A DNA stretch of 63,437 nucleotides, the filler included, from Octopus bimaculoides (lineage: Eukaryota), in assembly GCF_001194135.2 (NCBI RefSeq). It is 5 parts of 3 records of this genome, joined end to end, with 100 filler letters (N's around TTAATTAATTAA, not from the genome) between each part and the next. Parts side by side here need not be neighbours in the genome. Positions count along the whole stretch, not along the records: positions 38,974 to 48,848 come from NC_068987.1; positions 48,949 to 63,437 come from NC_068987.1; 3 more parts are not named here. One strand, written 5' to 3'. The position numbers were made by a program, and so were the translations under genes. The notes beneath the pieces were generated by a model. It was not told where the DNA came from. It saw only the letters and a program-made list of their open reading frames with translations, and did no database searches. The first letter of the stretch is position 1, and the number at the start of each line of letters is the position of its first letter. Shown in pieces: positions 42,204 through 54,152 of the stretch.

Positions 42204-43136
42204 TACAAGGTGCCATGAGCAAATTGTCGCCATTTTATATTTTTAATTTTGTGCATGCGCATTGTTTGTTTTTGATTTTGTTGACTACACAATATAGTAG
42301 GGTCAGTTGGGCACCATCTGTGAGAAAAACAACACCATGATAAAATTCACTCTGCCAGAAATTTGGAAATGACATGCTGTACTGCATGGCATTTGTGCTG
42401 AAAGCTCCAATACAAACATTTCAGAGTATTTGGGAGTCAATCTGAAAACAGTACAAAGGATTCAGAAAGAGTTGGATGAGTTTAATGGTGAGTATGAAGG
42501 TATAGCAGCTTGGAAAACTCACTCTGATCATTCTGATAAGAAAAGAACTCCTGAATTTGTTTGTGAGATCCAGGCCATGATTGACAACAATCCCTCCAAG
42601 TCAATCAGGTCCATCACTAGGGAATGTCTGAGCTTCTTATCAGGCAGATAGTGCATGCAAACATTCGGTATTCCTCATACAAGATGAGAAAAGGTCTATT
42701 TTTATCCCAAGCCATCAAGGATAAGAAGAAAGACCGCACTACAAAGTTTTTGAACAAACTCAAGCATCCCCTCCAACTGAACATTCTTTGGTTTTTCTCA
42801 GACGAGAAAAATTTCTGCCAGGATCAGATGGTGAACATACAGAACAACCGTTGGCTTGCCGTGTACCCAAAACATACTGAGAGTGATAAAAATCAAACAT
42901 CCAGTCAACATTCACCAACTTAAACAAGGAGGCTGTCCAGAAGAATTGCAGGAAATTCGGAAGTCATCTTAAGGCCGTGGTTGAAGCTAATGGCAATTTT
43001 TTTGAATAAATTTACTCTTTAGCATTTCAAGATATTTTTATGTAATTTTGGTAAATATATCTTTTAAAATGAGATGTTAGTGTTATTTTCATTTTTGCAT
43101 AATTTAGATGACAATATATTCACTGCACTCTGTGTA
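42204..43136 (+). mobile_element. Tc1/mariner-superfamily (maT-like) element with an internal deletion
   Basis: WFFSDEKNFCQDQMVNIQNNRWLA (first catalytic D) jumps directly to the C-terminus KAVVEANGNFFE*. Degenerate TIRs at both ends; the second and third catalytic residues are deleted. Confidence 0.75.
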
Positions 43137-43160
43137 TATATATATAATTCTTTTTTAGAT

Positions 43161-43543
43161 CAGGCAGCCTTCAACTTCTTCTGTCGAATGGATTTTTTAA
43201 CACAATATTTACATGCTATTATTTATAGCTTTATCTGCTTCAAGATCCACTGTTCCAAAGCATAATTATTTAATGTTCTCATGAAATTTATGAATTCTTA
43301 TGACATCAACTATACATACATACATTTGTATGTACATACAGATAGATAGACAGATAGGCTGACAGACAGATAGAAAGATATAGATGTCATAAGAATTTAG
43401 AAATTTTCAGAGAGAACATAAAATAATTCGGTTTTTTTTTTGGAGTGATGAAACTCAGAGCAGATAAAGCTATATATGTAATAATAGCATGTAAATATTG
43501 GGTTAAAAAACCTTTTGGATAAAAAAAAATCAAAGACAGCCTG
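43161..43543. repeat. Diverged inverted repeat (~150-bp arms, microsatellite spacer)
   Basis: 43161-43306 pairs with 43385-43543 (shared TTTTTTAAC.CAATATTTACATGCTATTAT and ATTCTTATGACATC). Confidence 0.8.
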
Positions 43544-46511
43544 TGGGACACGTACCCACATTTGTAAACATGATGGACACTCCACCATTGGACAAAGCAA
43601 TACATACATTATATATACATACACACATGCACACACATACGTACTTATATATATATTCAATTTTTTAAAAATACTTTTGAAGAACTTTAGCAATTTTGTT
43701 GTCATTTTCAGTTTTACTAAAGCAAAATTAGTGAGCAATAGAACTTATTAATCTCATTAACACGAGAAAATTATTATTAATATTATTCTTTGTACTTTTG
43801 TTACTTCCTGGCCATTTTATTAAAAGATTATCAAGCAGTTTAATCAACTCATCCAAGCATTTGATAATAGGAATTCAATTAACAGATTAACCAGTAGGCC
43901 ATTATTTATTTATCATTAGTTATTGAAGACTATCACTACTTTCTTTCCTTTAGTTTTCCATCCCAAATGGCTGCCTTACTTCAAAGCAGCCTCTTTTCTC
44001 AAGAGTTAGTTACAAGAAGGAGGAAGAATTGGAAAAAAAAAACTATGTTACTATTTTTGGTTGTAAATTAGTAGAAGACAAAGGAATCCAGACAACCTTT
44101 TTATCAAAGCACAACATATCTAAACAAGGCATTGGAACTTGGTTGATGCAGATTAAAATGATTAAAATGGAAGCTTACTAATTAGGTTAAAGAACTGCAG
44201 GACTAGAGTTTGTAGGGTTGGGTGTATCATCTTTCCCTAGTACAATTCACATTACTATCTATGTTTAGAGACCAATTGAAGCAGGCATAGAAATACCACA
44301 TGTTACATACCAGTAGTGAACAGTGGCTTCATTCTGTATCAGTGATCAAAATTCCATATTTTAACAACGTGAACTTCAATATAATTGCGAGGTGGCTTAT
44401 CCAGTTGATGGACCACATCAAATTTTTCCAACAGCTTGTTCCATTCTGGAAATATTATTTCTAATTTTCTAAAAAAAGTCATTCTAAACAAAATAAACTT
44501 CTTTTCAAACAAATGATATGATTGACGTGTGATGGATCAGGATGTGTACAGATGAATGGATAGGAATAATACAACAAGAATATTTGGGGGAAGTATTGGG
44601 GGGAAAAAAGGTTAAAAATATATAGAAAGTGAAATGAATTGAATCATGGGAGGTTAATTTTTTAATTCTTTTTAAGTTATAAAATAACAATTTAAACAAA
44701 GAAGTTTAAATTGGGAGAAGTTTGAAATATAAATAACACAAAAGAATGAAAGAATTGAAAGAAAAGACAAAAATTTGCAGAGGCAAAGAAGCATTTGAGT
44801 TAGTGCAATGGGTTATGATAATTTACTGATTTTCCATAGACTTGTTCACCATTTTTTTTTTTTCAAATAGTGGCATCATTGTTGAATACCTATGGAACTA
44901 GACAGAAAGATTCTCAGAAACAAATCAAGTCAGAACTGAAAGATTCATGTAAATTACTGGTGCAAAGTTAAAAAGTAAATGCAATGCTTGTATTAATTTG
45001 CCAAGTGATAAGGTTTACTTACAATTTGGTCTTAGAATATAGCAGACTTTGTCAAAGAATGACACTTTGCAGAGTGCAGTGAGATAAGAAGTTAGAAAAC
45101 AAAACAATTAAAATTATCTATAAACAAAACCACAGATATGTTTTTTTTAATGGTACATTTTAAATATGATCCCTACCTACATCTATCTATACGGAATACA
45201 GTTATAAATAGAAATGTTTTAGGGTCAATTAAAATTCAAAGAATGTCTGAGTCATGAAAGAAATTTCAGCAAGTGGTATGATATAAATATTGCCTTTTAA
45301 GCATATGTGTGTGCATATATATGTATATATATACANNNNNNNNNNNNNNNNNNNNNNNNNNNNNNNNNNNNNNNNNNNNNNNNNNNNNNNNNNNNNNNNN
45401 NNNNNNNNNNNNNNNNNNNNNNNNNNNNNNNNNNNNNNNNNNNNNNNNNNNNNNNNNNNNNNNNNNNNNNNNNNNNNNNNNNNNNNNNNNNNNNNNNNNN
45501 NNNNNNTGTATATATATATATGCATATATATGTAAATGTTTATGTACACACACGCACAAACACATGTGTATATTTTTCTTCTTGTATCAGTTTCTACAAT
45601 AAAATCTCTTCCCACCAGTTCATCTATTTTGTTTAATCTTTTCTGGACTTTTCAGAAAACCATCAAAGAAAATAACCCTTTGTGAAGGAATAGTTGAAAG
45701 GCCAAATAACTGTTCTTCAGTTATCCTGTTATTTTTATATTTTACTTTAATATATTTAAGCAGAAACTATTTATATAAAATGTCGTAGAGCTAAATTTAA
45801 CAAACTAAATTATGAAACCAGATAGATGGCTGTTCTGCCAAATTTTATGGCCATTGTCTCTTTGTTTGGACATTATATAATTGAAGCTTGATGAACCATA
45901 AAAAACCTCAACTATTTACAAACTTAACAAATGCTAAAAAGAACAATAAAAGTTTTGTTTTGTTTTTCTAGTGTAGGAGATAAAAGATAGAATTGCAGAA
46001 TATAAGTAAACTACAGCTTCCTAGATATGGTAGCATGTTTTCTTCAAAGATTTCTTGAAGTATTATTAGTTTCTCTAACAGAACACAACAATCTAAAATT
46101 TTATCCAATAAACTTGTTATGTAACCAAAGCCTTTTATTACTGTGATTATTAGATAAAATTAGAGAGAAAGTGAAACCGTACTGAAAGTTGTAATTGACC
46201 ATTTAGGAAGACTATCAGATTACTGAAGAAGCTAAGCTAGCTGTACATACTGTGAACAGTTACAGGTTACTGAAGGAAGAGCAGAGTGTTCTAATGGATA
46301 ACATTGTCGAGTTCAAATATTCCTATATCCATGAACTATGGTGGAAATTCTCTTGCTATAGCCTTGTTCAACCAATTCAATCTTCCCTACACTAAAGTGG
46401 AATTGATATCATTAGAGGATGGACAGATACAAACAACAACACACACATAGTTATGCATGTATACATACATGTGTATATATATATAAATATATATATGTAT
46501 AGACATAAACA

Positions 46512-46578
<67 letters not shown>

Positions 46579-46862
46579 TATACATATACAGGAATGTATG
46601 TATACAAACATAGACATATATGTATACATACATATAGACAGCAGACATCTCTATATATATATATGTGTGTGTGTTAAAAGTGACATTGGTGTATCATACT
46701 AAGACTGAAAGCCATGATGCTGTGGTTGTTGTCCAAGATTTTCTCTCTTACGAAACCACAGTCCCTAGTCTTTCAGTGGGTGTATATACATTTAGTATGA
46801 TACACAGATAGCTATTTAAATTAATAATCTTTCAATTGCATTCATTGACTTATATTCATTGA

Positions 46863-46913
<51 letters not shown>

Positions 46914-48124
46914 TGCACACACACACACACACATATAGGTACATATACATACATAGATGTATATGTACATATACATATAGATACACAAACACACACACAC
47001 ACTCAGACACACATCTATATATATAGATCTTCTTAAAAGCTGAAGCTTCATAAACCAAAACTTCCACACACAAAAGTTCCACATTGAAAACAATTGAAGT
47101 AAGGAAGCAGTGTCAAAAAAATATTCAGTAAGCAAAAATAATCAAACATATTGATATATAATTAATCATTGCAATTTGATTGATTGCTGAAAAAAAATCA
47201 TTAGAAAATGCATCAGGCATTCATCTAGTCAATCATGATGCAAAAATAAAAAAAAAAGTGATATGTTCATCTATTTACATGCAAAAATACATTTTCATAT
47301 CTTCAGTTTCATATGCATAAACCAATGTAAGCAAGGAAGGTGATTTTCATTGTTTTAGTGTTGAAGAAGTAAATGAATGCTTTTCATTTTCTATTTTTAT
47401 AATTTGATAAATTTTAAGGCAATCACAAATCATTAAACCAATTAGTCATTTGATTGGTGGAAATTCCTCAACATATTGCAATAGAAGTATCTACATTACT
47501 TCAGTAATTCCAGTCTTTGTTCAAAATTGCAAAGGAGTGTGTAATAGAATATTATACTTCTCTGATAAACACAGATAACACCTTTTGGAGTCATTAATGT
47601 AAAAGGGACATGTTTTATAATGAACCTATTGATTTTATAATTATAAATACAAACCAATAAATTCTATATATATATTTGGACAGAGAAGGGTAAAGTAGAT
47701 TTTTTCCTTTTTTTTAGATCTGAAAGAATAGATATATTGCAAAAAATTTTTTAAAGGGATTTTCAGAAAGCCTTAAACAGTTTTTTGTTTCCGTTTTATC
47801 TGCAAGAAAGAAATTAGCTTGAAAGGCTGATGCTTTGGAAAGACGCATACCGCTGAATGAGCAGTTATTAGAATTGTTGCAGACACATATAGGAAGAGAT
47901 ATTAGAACATTTGTACTGGAAAGATTTTGTCATACTATATTGACTTTAGAAGCAACAAAGTTTCAGATCATGTATACCTCATCTTAATGCTACATATATT
48001 AAATATGTTATGATATCTATGTTCTATAGAGAAAAGATCACTTATAAAGTTTAGAAAACTTTGGTAACATATGAATATAAAAATTATTAATATATATATG
48101 TATGTATACATACCCCAAAATTTT

Positions 48125-48199
<75 letters not shown>

Positions 48200-48807
48200 T
48201 AATTTTAATCATGTAATAACATGGTCAGTTATTTTGTAAAGGATAGATTGTTTGGTTTGGTTACATGGTATGTGTAATACATTGAAAAATAAGCAAGACA
48301 TAACAAATAATGAAACCACTATCAGTAATGGAATCAAATGTACTGATATAAGCAGTGTGAAGACTCTTCTAGCCAAGATGAAGGTGATAAGTATGATATT
48401 GAAACTGATGATACATCTGAACACTGTATACAATAAATAAGCTCATTATTATTATATTTCCTTATTTGAGTCACGAGACCAGTATTTTCTGAAGAATCAA
48501 TGATATTTTGCTAATTATATTATAGAATGGACAGTAGAATTGTTTATGAATATGAAAATAATTCCAGCTGTTGTTTTTTAGCATTTACAACTTTTTTTAC
48601 TACACTGTTAATTTTTTTATATTAGTTTAATTTATGTTTTAAAATAATATAGGGGATATTTTTGCTGTTTTATATAGACTGAATCTGACTTAAAATTTTT
48701 TTTTATCTAAAATGAATACATTTAAAAATTTTTTTTATATGTTTAGTATTATAATAATTTTCAAAGCAATCAAGAGTAATCAATATGCTATCCATACATA
48801 TATACAT

Positions 48808-48848
<41 letters not shown>

Positions 48849-49004
48849 NNNNNNNNNNNNNNNNNNNNNNNNNNNNNNNNNNNNNNNNNNNNTTAATTAA
48901 TTAANNNNNNNNNNNNNNNNNNNNNNNNNNNNNNNNNNNNNNNNNNNNAAACTGTTAATTAGTATAAGAATTAGACCTTGCTCTTAGCCATATATAGGCT
49001 TCAG

Positions 49005-49240
49005 TTTCTTATTTCTTTATTGCCCATAAGGGGCTAAACATAGAAGGGACAAACAAGGACAGACAAAGGGATTGAGTCGATTACATCGATCCCAGTGCGT
49101 AACTGGTACTTAATTTATCAACCCGAAAGGATGAAAGGCAAAGTTGACCTCGGCGGAATTTGAACTCAGAACGTCACGGCAAACGAAATACCACTAAGCA
49201 TTTTGCCCGGCGTGCTAACGTTTCTGCCAGCTCGCCTTCT
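49005..49240 (-). mobile_element. SINE family B variant carrying a Tx1-like 3' tail
   Basis: Head and body match 57530-57733, but the 3' end is TGTCCCTTCTATGTTTAGCCCCTTATGGGCAATAAAGAAAT. Confidence 0.85.
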
Positions 49241-49793
49241 TTCAGTTTCTGTTTACCAAATCCACTCACAAGGCTTTAGCTGGCATGAGGATATAGAAGA
49301 CACTTGCCAAAGGTGTCAAGCAATGGGGCTGAACCCAGAACTATGTGGTTGGGAAGTAAGCTTAAGCAGAAACAAATGTTTAGCACCAACCAGTGTGAGA
49401 TCACCTAACTTCTAATTTTACAATATAAAACTTCATTTTAAAGTGTTTATATTTAAATTATAAAGTGTTTATATTTAGATTATAAAGTGTTTATATTTAA
49501 ATTATAAACACACTATACTATCTCATGATTATATAGAACTATTTTTGTTTCATTCCAAACACTGGCTTGATAATGAAAAAGTTAGTTATTTTACTAAATC
49601 TCTCCAAGTGCAGGATTATTTTCAAAATTAATTGACATGCAGATTGACAATATACTTAAATTGTAATTTGATGAAGAAAAAGCTAATCCTTTAGCATTCA
49701 AAATACTCTGTCAAAGACAATGCTTATTTATTCATACTGTTTTGAATTAATCAAGCATTGTCTTGTAGCTTTGAGATTGATGTGATAGTAGCA

Positions 49794-49950
49794 TAGGTGT
49801 ATTTTGGTTGAGTTAGTCCCTTGTCACCCTGAAATGTTTGCCTGAGGGGTGCACAGAGCCTTCAGGCAAGTTATGACGCCTACAGGCAAAACTCAGAGAA
49901 GCAAGAGATTGACTCAACCAAAATAAAATATATTATTAATCTCTACTATG
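49794..49950. repeat. ~130-160-bp self-complementary mini-element, copy 1 (copy 2 at 52595-52750)
   Basis: Perfect 14-bp IR TATTTTGGTTGAGT (49800-49813) / ACTCAACCAAAATA (49912-49925) with internal GCCTG/CAGGC repeats. Confidence 0.8.
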
Positions 49951-49996
49951 ATATTGAGTACTCTTCTCTGACAGTCAACACTAAACACACACACAC

Positions 49997-50028
<32 letters not shown>

Positions 50029-50038
50029 NNNNNNNNNN

Positions 50039-50080
<42 letters not shown>

Positions 50081-50295
50081 CAGACTGTACCAGGAGAAAA
50101 AAATCACCATATCCTTGTAAAATTATTGCTACTTCTTGTTTCAGCAACTATGAAAGGCAATAGTCAACATCAAAAGTATTTGAGACTGCCAATGAAAAGA
50201 GATTAAATAATGCACACCAATGTTTTAGATTCTTTATCAGACATTTATGAAAAGTTCAAGAAATTAAAACAGATTGTAAAGATTTTTTTTTTTAC

Positions 50296-50464
50296 CAATT
50301 ACATCTTTCCTTCTTATAACGGGATCAAACTTTTGGGCATAAAGATCGGATTCTTTAATTTCATAGCCCTTGTCCTTAAAGACCTTGACTGCATAATTCT
50401 TCAAAGTTGCATTCAAAGATTTTGGCTCTTCATGAGCAAAAACGATAAGCACACGTTTCAGCAT
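50296..50464 (-). CDS. NAD(P)H quinone oxidoreductase (NQO1/NQO2-like, flavodoxin-2 fold), first coding exon
   Basis: MLKRVLIVFAHEEPKSLNATLKNYAVKVFKDKGYEIKESDLYAQKFDPVIRRKDVI(G), then a GT donor (phase 1). There is an in-frame TGA just upstream of the ATG and candidate acceptors at about 50476 and 50493. Matches the NQO2 N-terminus (KKVLIVYAHQEPKSFNGSLK...SDLYAM). Downstream exons were not found. Confidence 0.85.
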
Positions 50465-50570
50465 CTTTCAGTTGTCTAAAAAAGCAGAAATCCTGAAAAT
50501 TAAAAGAAAATATATTAAGAATATGTATTCATTTTGCAAGGTTCTTGATCTGAAGTCGTGTGTTGAAACA

Positions 50571-51846
50571 AATATCATTGTATTTGGGGATGGTCATGTT
50601 GCCAATGTAGCCAATGAAAACACATGCACTATATATTTGGTGTTCACTTGCTTCAGCTTTATTTCATATCAATTATATTTCGGCCAGAGTTCTTTCATCA
50701 CACTTCTGTGACCTCAACAGTGGTCTCTTTTACTCTTTTACTTGTTTCAGTCATTTGACTGCAGCCATGCTGGAGCACCGCCTTTAGTCCAACAAATCAA
50801 CCCCAGGACTTATTCTTTGTAAGCCTAGTACTTATTCTATTGGTCTCTTTTGCCGAACCGCTAAGTTACGGGGACGTAAACACACCAGCATCGGTTGTCA
50901 AGCGATGTTGGGGGACAAACACAGACACACAAACATATACACACACACATACACATATATATCTACATATATACGATGGACTTCTTTCAGTTTCCGTCTA
51001 CCAAATCCACTCACAAGGCTTTGGTCGGCCCGAGGCTATAGTAGAAAACACTTGCTCAAGGTGCCATGCAGTAGGACTGAACCCAGAACCATGTGGTTGG
51101 TAAGCAAGCTAATTACCACACAGCCACTCTTGCGCCATGGTCCTTTACTTTCTTCTTTCTTTTTTGTGTCTCTCCTTCCTAACGATCTGCAGTTTTGTTT
51201 CCCTGTTGTATGTGTCTTTATTAGTGCATGCATATATCTCTGTGTGTGTGGGAATGTATATAGTACCCACATTATCAGTATCCCCTGTTCATTTTATTAT
51301 ATTTATTTGTTTTTATCTACTTACTTTTTCTTTTTTGTATTAATTTATTGTATTTTGTTTATGTATTTAATTACTTAATTCCATTTATCTATCTATCTTA
51401 TTGTATTAATAAATGGAATTAAGTAATTAGATACATAAGCAAAATACAATAAATTAATATAAAAAAAAGAAAAACTAAGTAGATAAAAACAAATAAATAA
51501 AATAAAATAAAACGAATGTGAATAAACAGGGGATACTGATAATGCAGGTACCATACATATTCCCATACACACACTTACCAAACATAGACACATAGGGATA
51601 TACGCATGTTCAAATAAAGACATATACAACAGGAATACAAAAGTGCAGATCATTAGGAAAGAGAGACACAAAAAAGAAAGAAGAAAGCAAAGGACCACTG
51701 ATGAGGTCACAGAAATGTAACAAAAGAACTCTGGCCAAAATATAATTAATATGAAATAAAGCTGAAGCAAGCGAACACCGAATAAAAGCGCATGTGTTTT
51801 CATTGGCTAAATTGGCAACATGACCATCCCCAAATACAACAATATT
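50571..51846. repeat. Long palindrome: ~430-bp arms, 20-bp spacer, left arm interrupted by a SINE
   Basis: 50571-50725 plus 51138-51388 is the reverse complement of 51409-51846, with scattered mismatches. Confidence 0.9.
50726..51137 (-). mobile_element. tRNA-derived SINE, family A (OK-like), full length
   Basis: tRNA-like head at 51137, internal (CA/TA)n and a (AAAAGAGT)n-type tail; TSD TGGTC at 50721-50725 and 51138-51142. Confidence 0.88.
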
Positions 51847-52879
51847 AAGAAGAATTTTTATTAAAAGGTTATGAAAATATATTTAGGAGACTTTATTAGG
51901 AAGCTATACCTATCCTTTTCCCAAAGGCATTAACATAGTAAATACAGTGCAAGTAAGGATGTGGTATCCAGTGTTCTTTTGTTTTTGATTTTTTTTTTAT
52001 TAGAGAAAAAAAGATTGATGATTAAAAACATTTTTTTAAATGACTATTGAGCTACAGACTGACTGGACTCAAACCATGACTCTTACTTTCCTGTGTGATC
52101 ACTTTTTCCCCTTCCTCTTTAATTCTAGCTGGTGATTAGGGGGTGAAACTGTCTTCTCAACCAATATGCTACTGTGGATGTTCTCTGGTGATGGTGTTAT
52201 TCCATACTTTCCGATCCATGGCACTGGCTTAGTATGCTTGAGGTCAAAACACTATGACTTCAGGTCTCCACAATTTGTTTCACCCACGTTTTCTATTGAG
52301 TGCTACACTGGATTCTCCACTGCATGGGTTACTTCTTCCACAAAAGTTGGTGTGGAAAAGACGGATTTTGGTCCTTAGGGAGAAATCACATTACCTATCA
52401 TATCACATATGGGTGTAACCAGGGTTTCAACCAGGGAAAGTTTCCAATCATTAAAATGAATCTACCATTAGTCATTTGGTCAAAAAAAAAAAAAAAAAAA
52501 AAAAAAAAGGAAATGAACTGTAGGTTGAGGTATTATCCAAATTTGTTGACACACACTCTTCTTCTCCAGAGGTTCTCATGATGTGTTTGTAGTATAGGTG
52601 TATTTTGGTCAAGCCAGTTTCCTGTTAGTTTCTGAGTTTTGCCTGTGGGATGCACAAGTTCTTCAGGCTAATTACAGCACCCACAGGCAAATCTCAGAGT
52701 AGCAAGAGACTGACTCAATCAAAATAAAATATATTATTAATCACTGCTATTAATCTGTCCTAGGTTACAGACATGCAATACTGAGTGGCACTTGAATACT
52801 AGATAATTGATTAGGTTTCTATGTCACCACTCTGACATTACAATTGACCAAAGTACTAAACCAGTAAAAAAAGAAAAGT

Positions 52880-53122
52880 TATCTTCTTGAGTCATACCAA
52901 CTTATAAGGGCCAGTTTCTCAGTTTCATGGCATATATATTCCCTCACCTGGATTGGACACCAGTCCATTGAAAGATTACTCATTTTTACCAGCTGAGTGG
53001 ACTGAAGCAACATGAAATGAAGTGTTTTGCTCAAGAATACAATGCATTGCCTGGTCCAGGAATCGAAACTAATCTTACAATCATGAGTCCAACACCCTAA
53101 CCACTAAGCCATGAAGCTCCAC
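52880..53122 (-). mobile_element. tRNA-derived SINE, family D, CpG-decayed
   Basis: Head GTGGAGCTTCATGGCTTAGTGGTTAGGGTGTTGG...GTTTCGATTCCTGG followed by TTCTTGAGCAAAACACTTCA. Confidence 0.65.
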
Positions 53123-53699
53123 AACCAGTAAACACTCACCATCTGAGCATTTAAGGCAGCTGGTTCATTCAGAAAAAAAATTTTTCTGGCTGAGAACAAA
53201 ATCATTTTTAGTAAAGTAGTTGAATTCACAGGCCAGATTTCACTAATGTAGAATAGTACATAAAAAATACATGGCTAAAAAGTATTTTATTGAATGGTAC
53301 AAGTAATTTTGAGGACGTTGGGGTGTCACCCCCAACTCTGAAATTGACTTCTCATCAAACAATCAAATTTTCAAATCAAGTTTTCCAATGTGACCCAAAT
53401 CTAAACAAGTTTGAAGGCTATAAATCATATGTACCATATGCAATTCTTTGACAACTTTTATTTCTTTTACATCACAACAGGTGGCACATTGAAATGCCAG
53501 TCAAACAATGCTGGTTCCTTACCCAGAAGTATTATTTAAAAAGCAGATTGCTAACTCATACCAGTCATTCAGCTGGCTGCCAGCACATTAAAAGTTTATT
53601 TGTTCAGAGATGATCTAGAGTTACATGAGAGCATTTTTACCTAAGACAAACCAGAGTTTTGTTTTTCTATTTTCCCTTTTCGTTTCATCAATAATTCTC

Positions 53700-53928
53700 T
53701 TTTATCTCTTTTACTTGTTTCAGTCATTTGACTGCGGCCATGCTGGAGCACCACCTTTTAGTCAAACAAATTGACGCCAGGACTTATTCTTTGTAAGCCT
53801 AATACTTATTCTATCGGTCTCTTTTGCCAAACCACTAAGTTATGAGAACTTCACACCAGCATCGGTTGTCAAGCAATGTTGGGGGAACAAACACAGACAC
53901 ACAAACACACACACAAACACACACACAC

Positions 53929-53989
<61 letters not shown>

Positions 53990-54152
53990 TACGACAGGCT
54001 TCTTTCAGTTTCCATCAACCAAATCCGCTCACAAGGCTTTGGTCGGCCTGAAGCTATAGTAGAAGACACTTGTCCAAGGTTCCACGCAGTGGGACTGAAC
54101 CCAGAACCATGTGGTTGGTAAGCAAGTTACTTACCACACAGCCACTCCTGTA
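53700..54152 (-). mobile_element. SINE family A copy
   Basis: End-to-end similarity to 50726-51137. Further whole or partial copies at about 8820-9320, 14455-14790, 26296-26440, 27755-28270, 28640-28830, 31773-32490, 35915-36110, 36790-37210, 40420-41020 and 59150-59500. Confidence 0.85.

Noticed and set aside
41623-43265. Apparent plus-strand exon pair CSLQWSIQNFWNDSLSD / DQAAFNFFCRMD...
   Set aside because: The second part is one arm of an inverted repeat and hits a stop; no homology is recognised.
49441-49506. 22-bp x3 minisatellite (also 24-bp duplications at ~22931-22984 and ~3577-3617)
   Set aside because: Ordinary slippage duplications.
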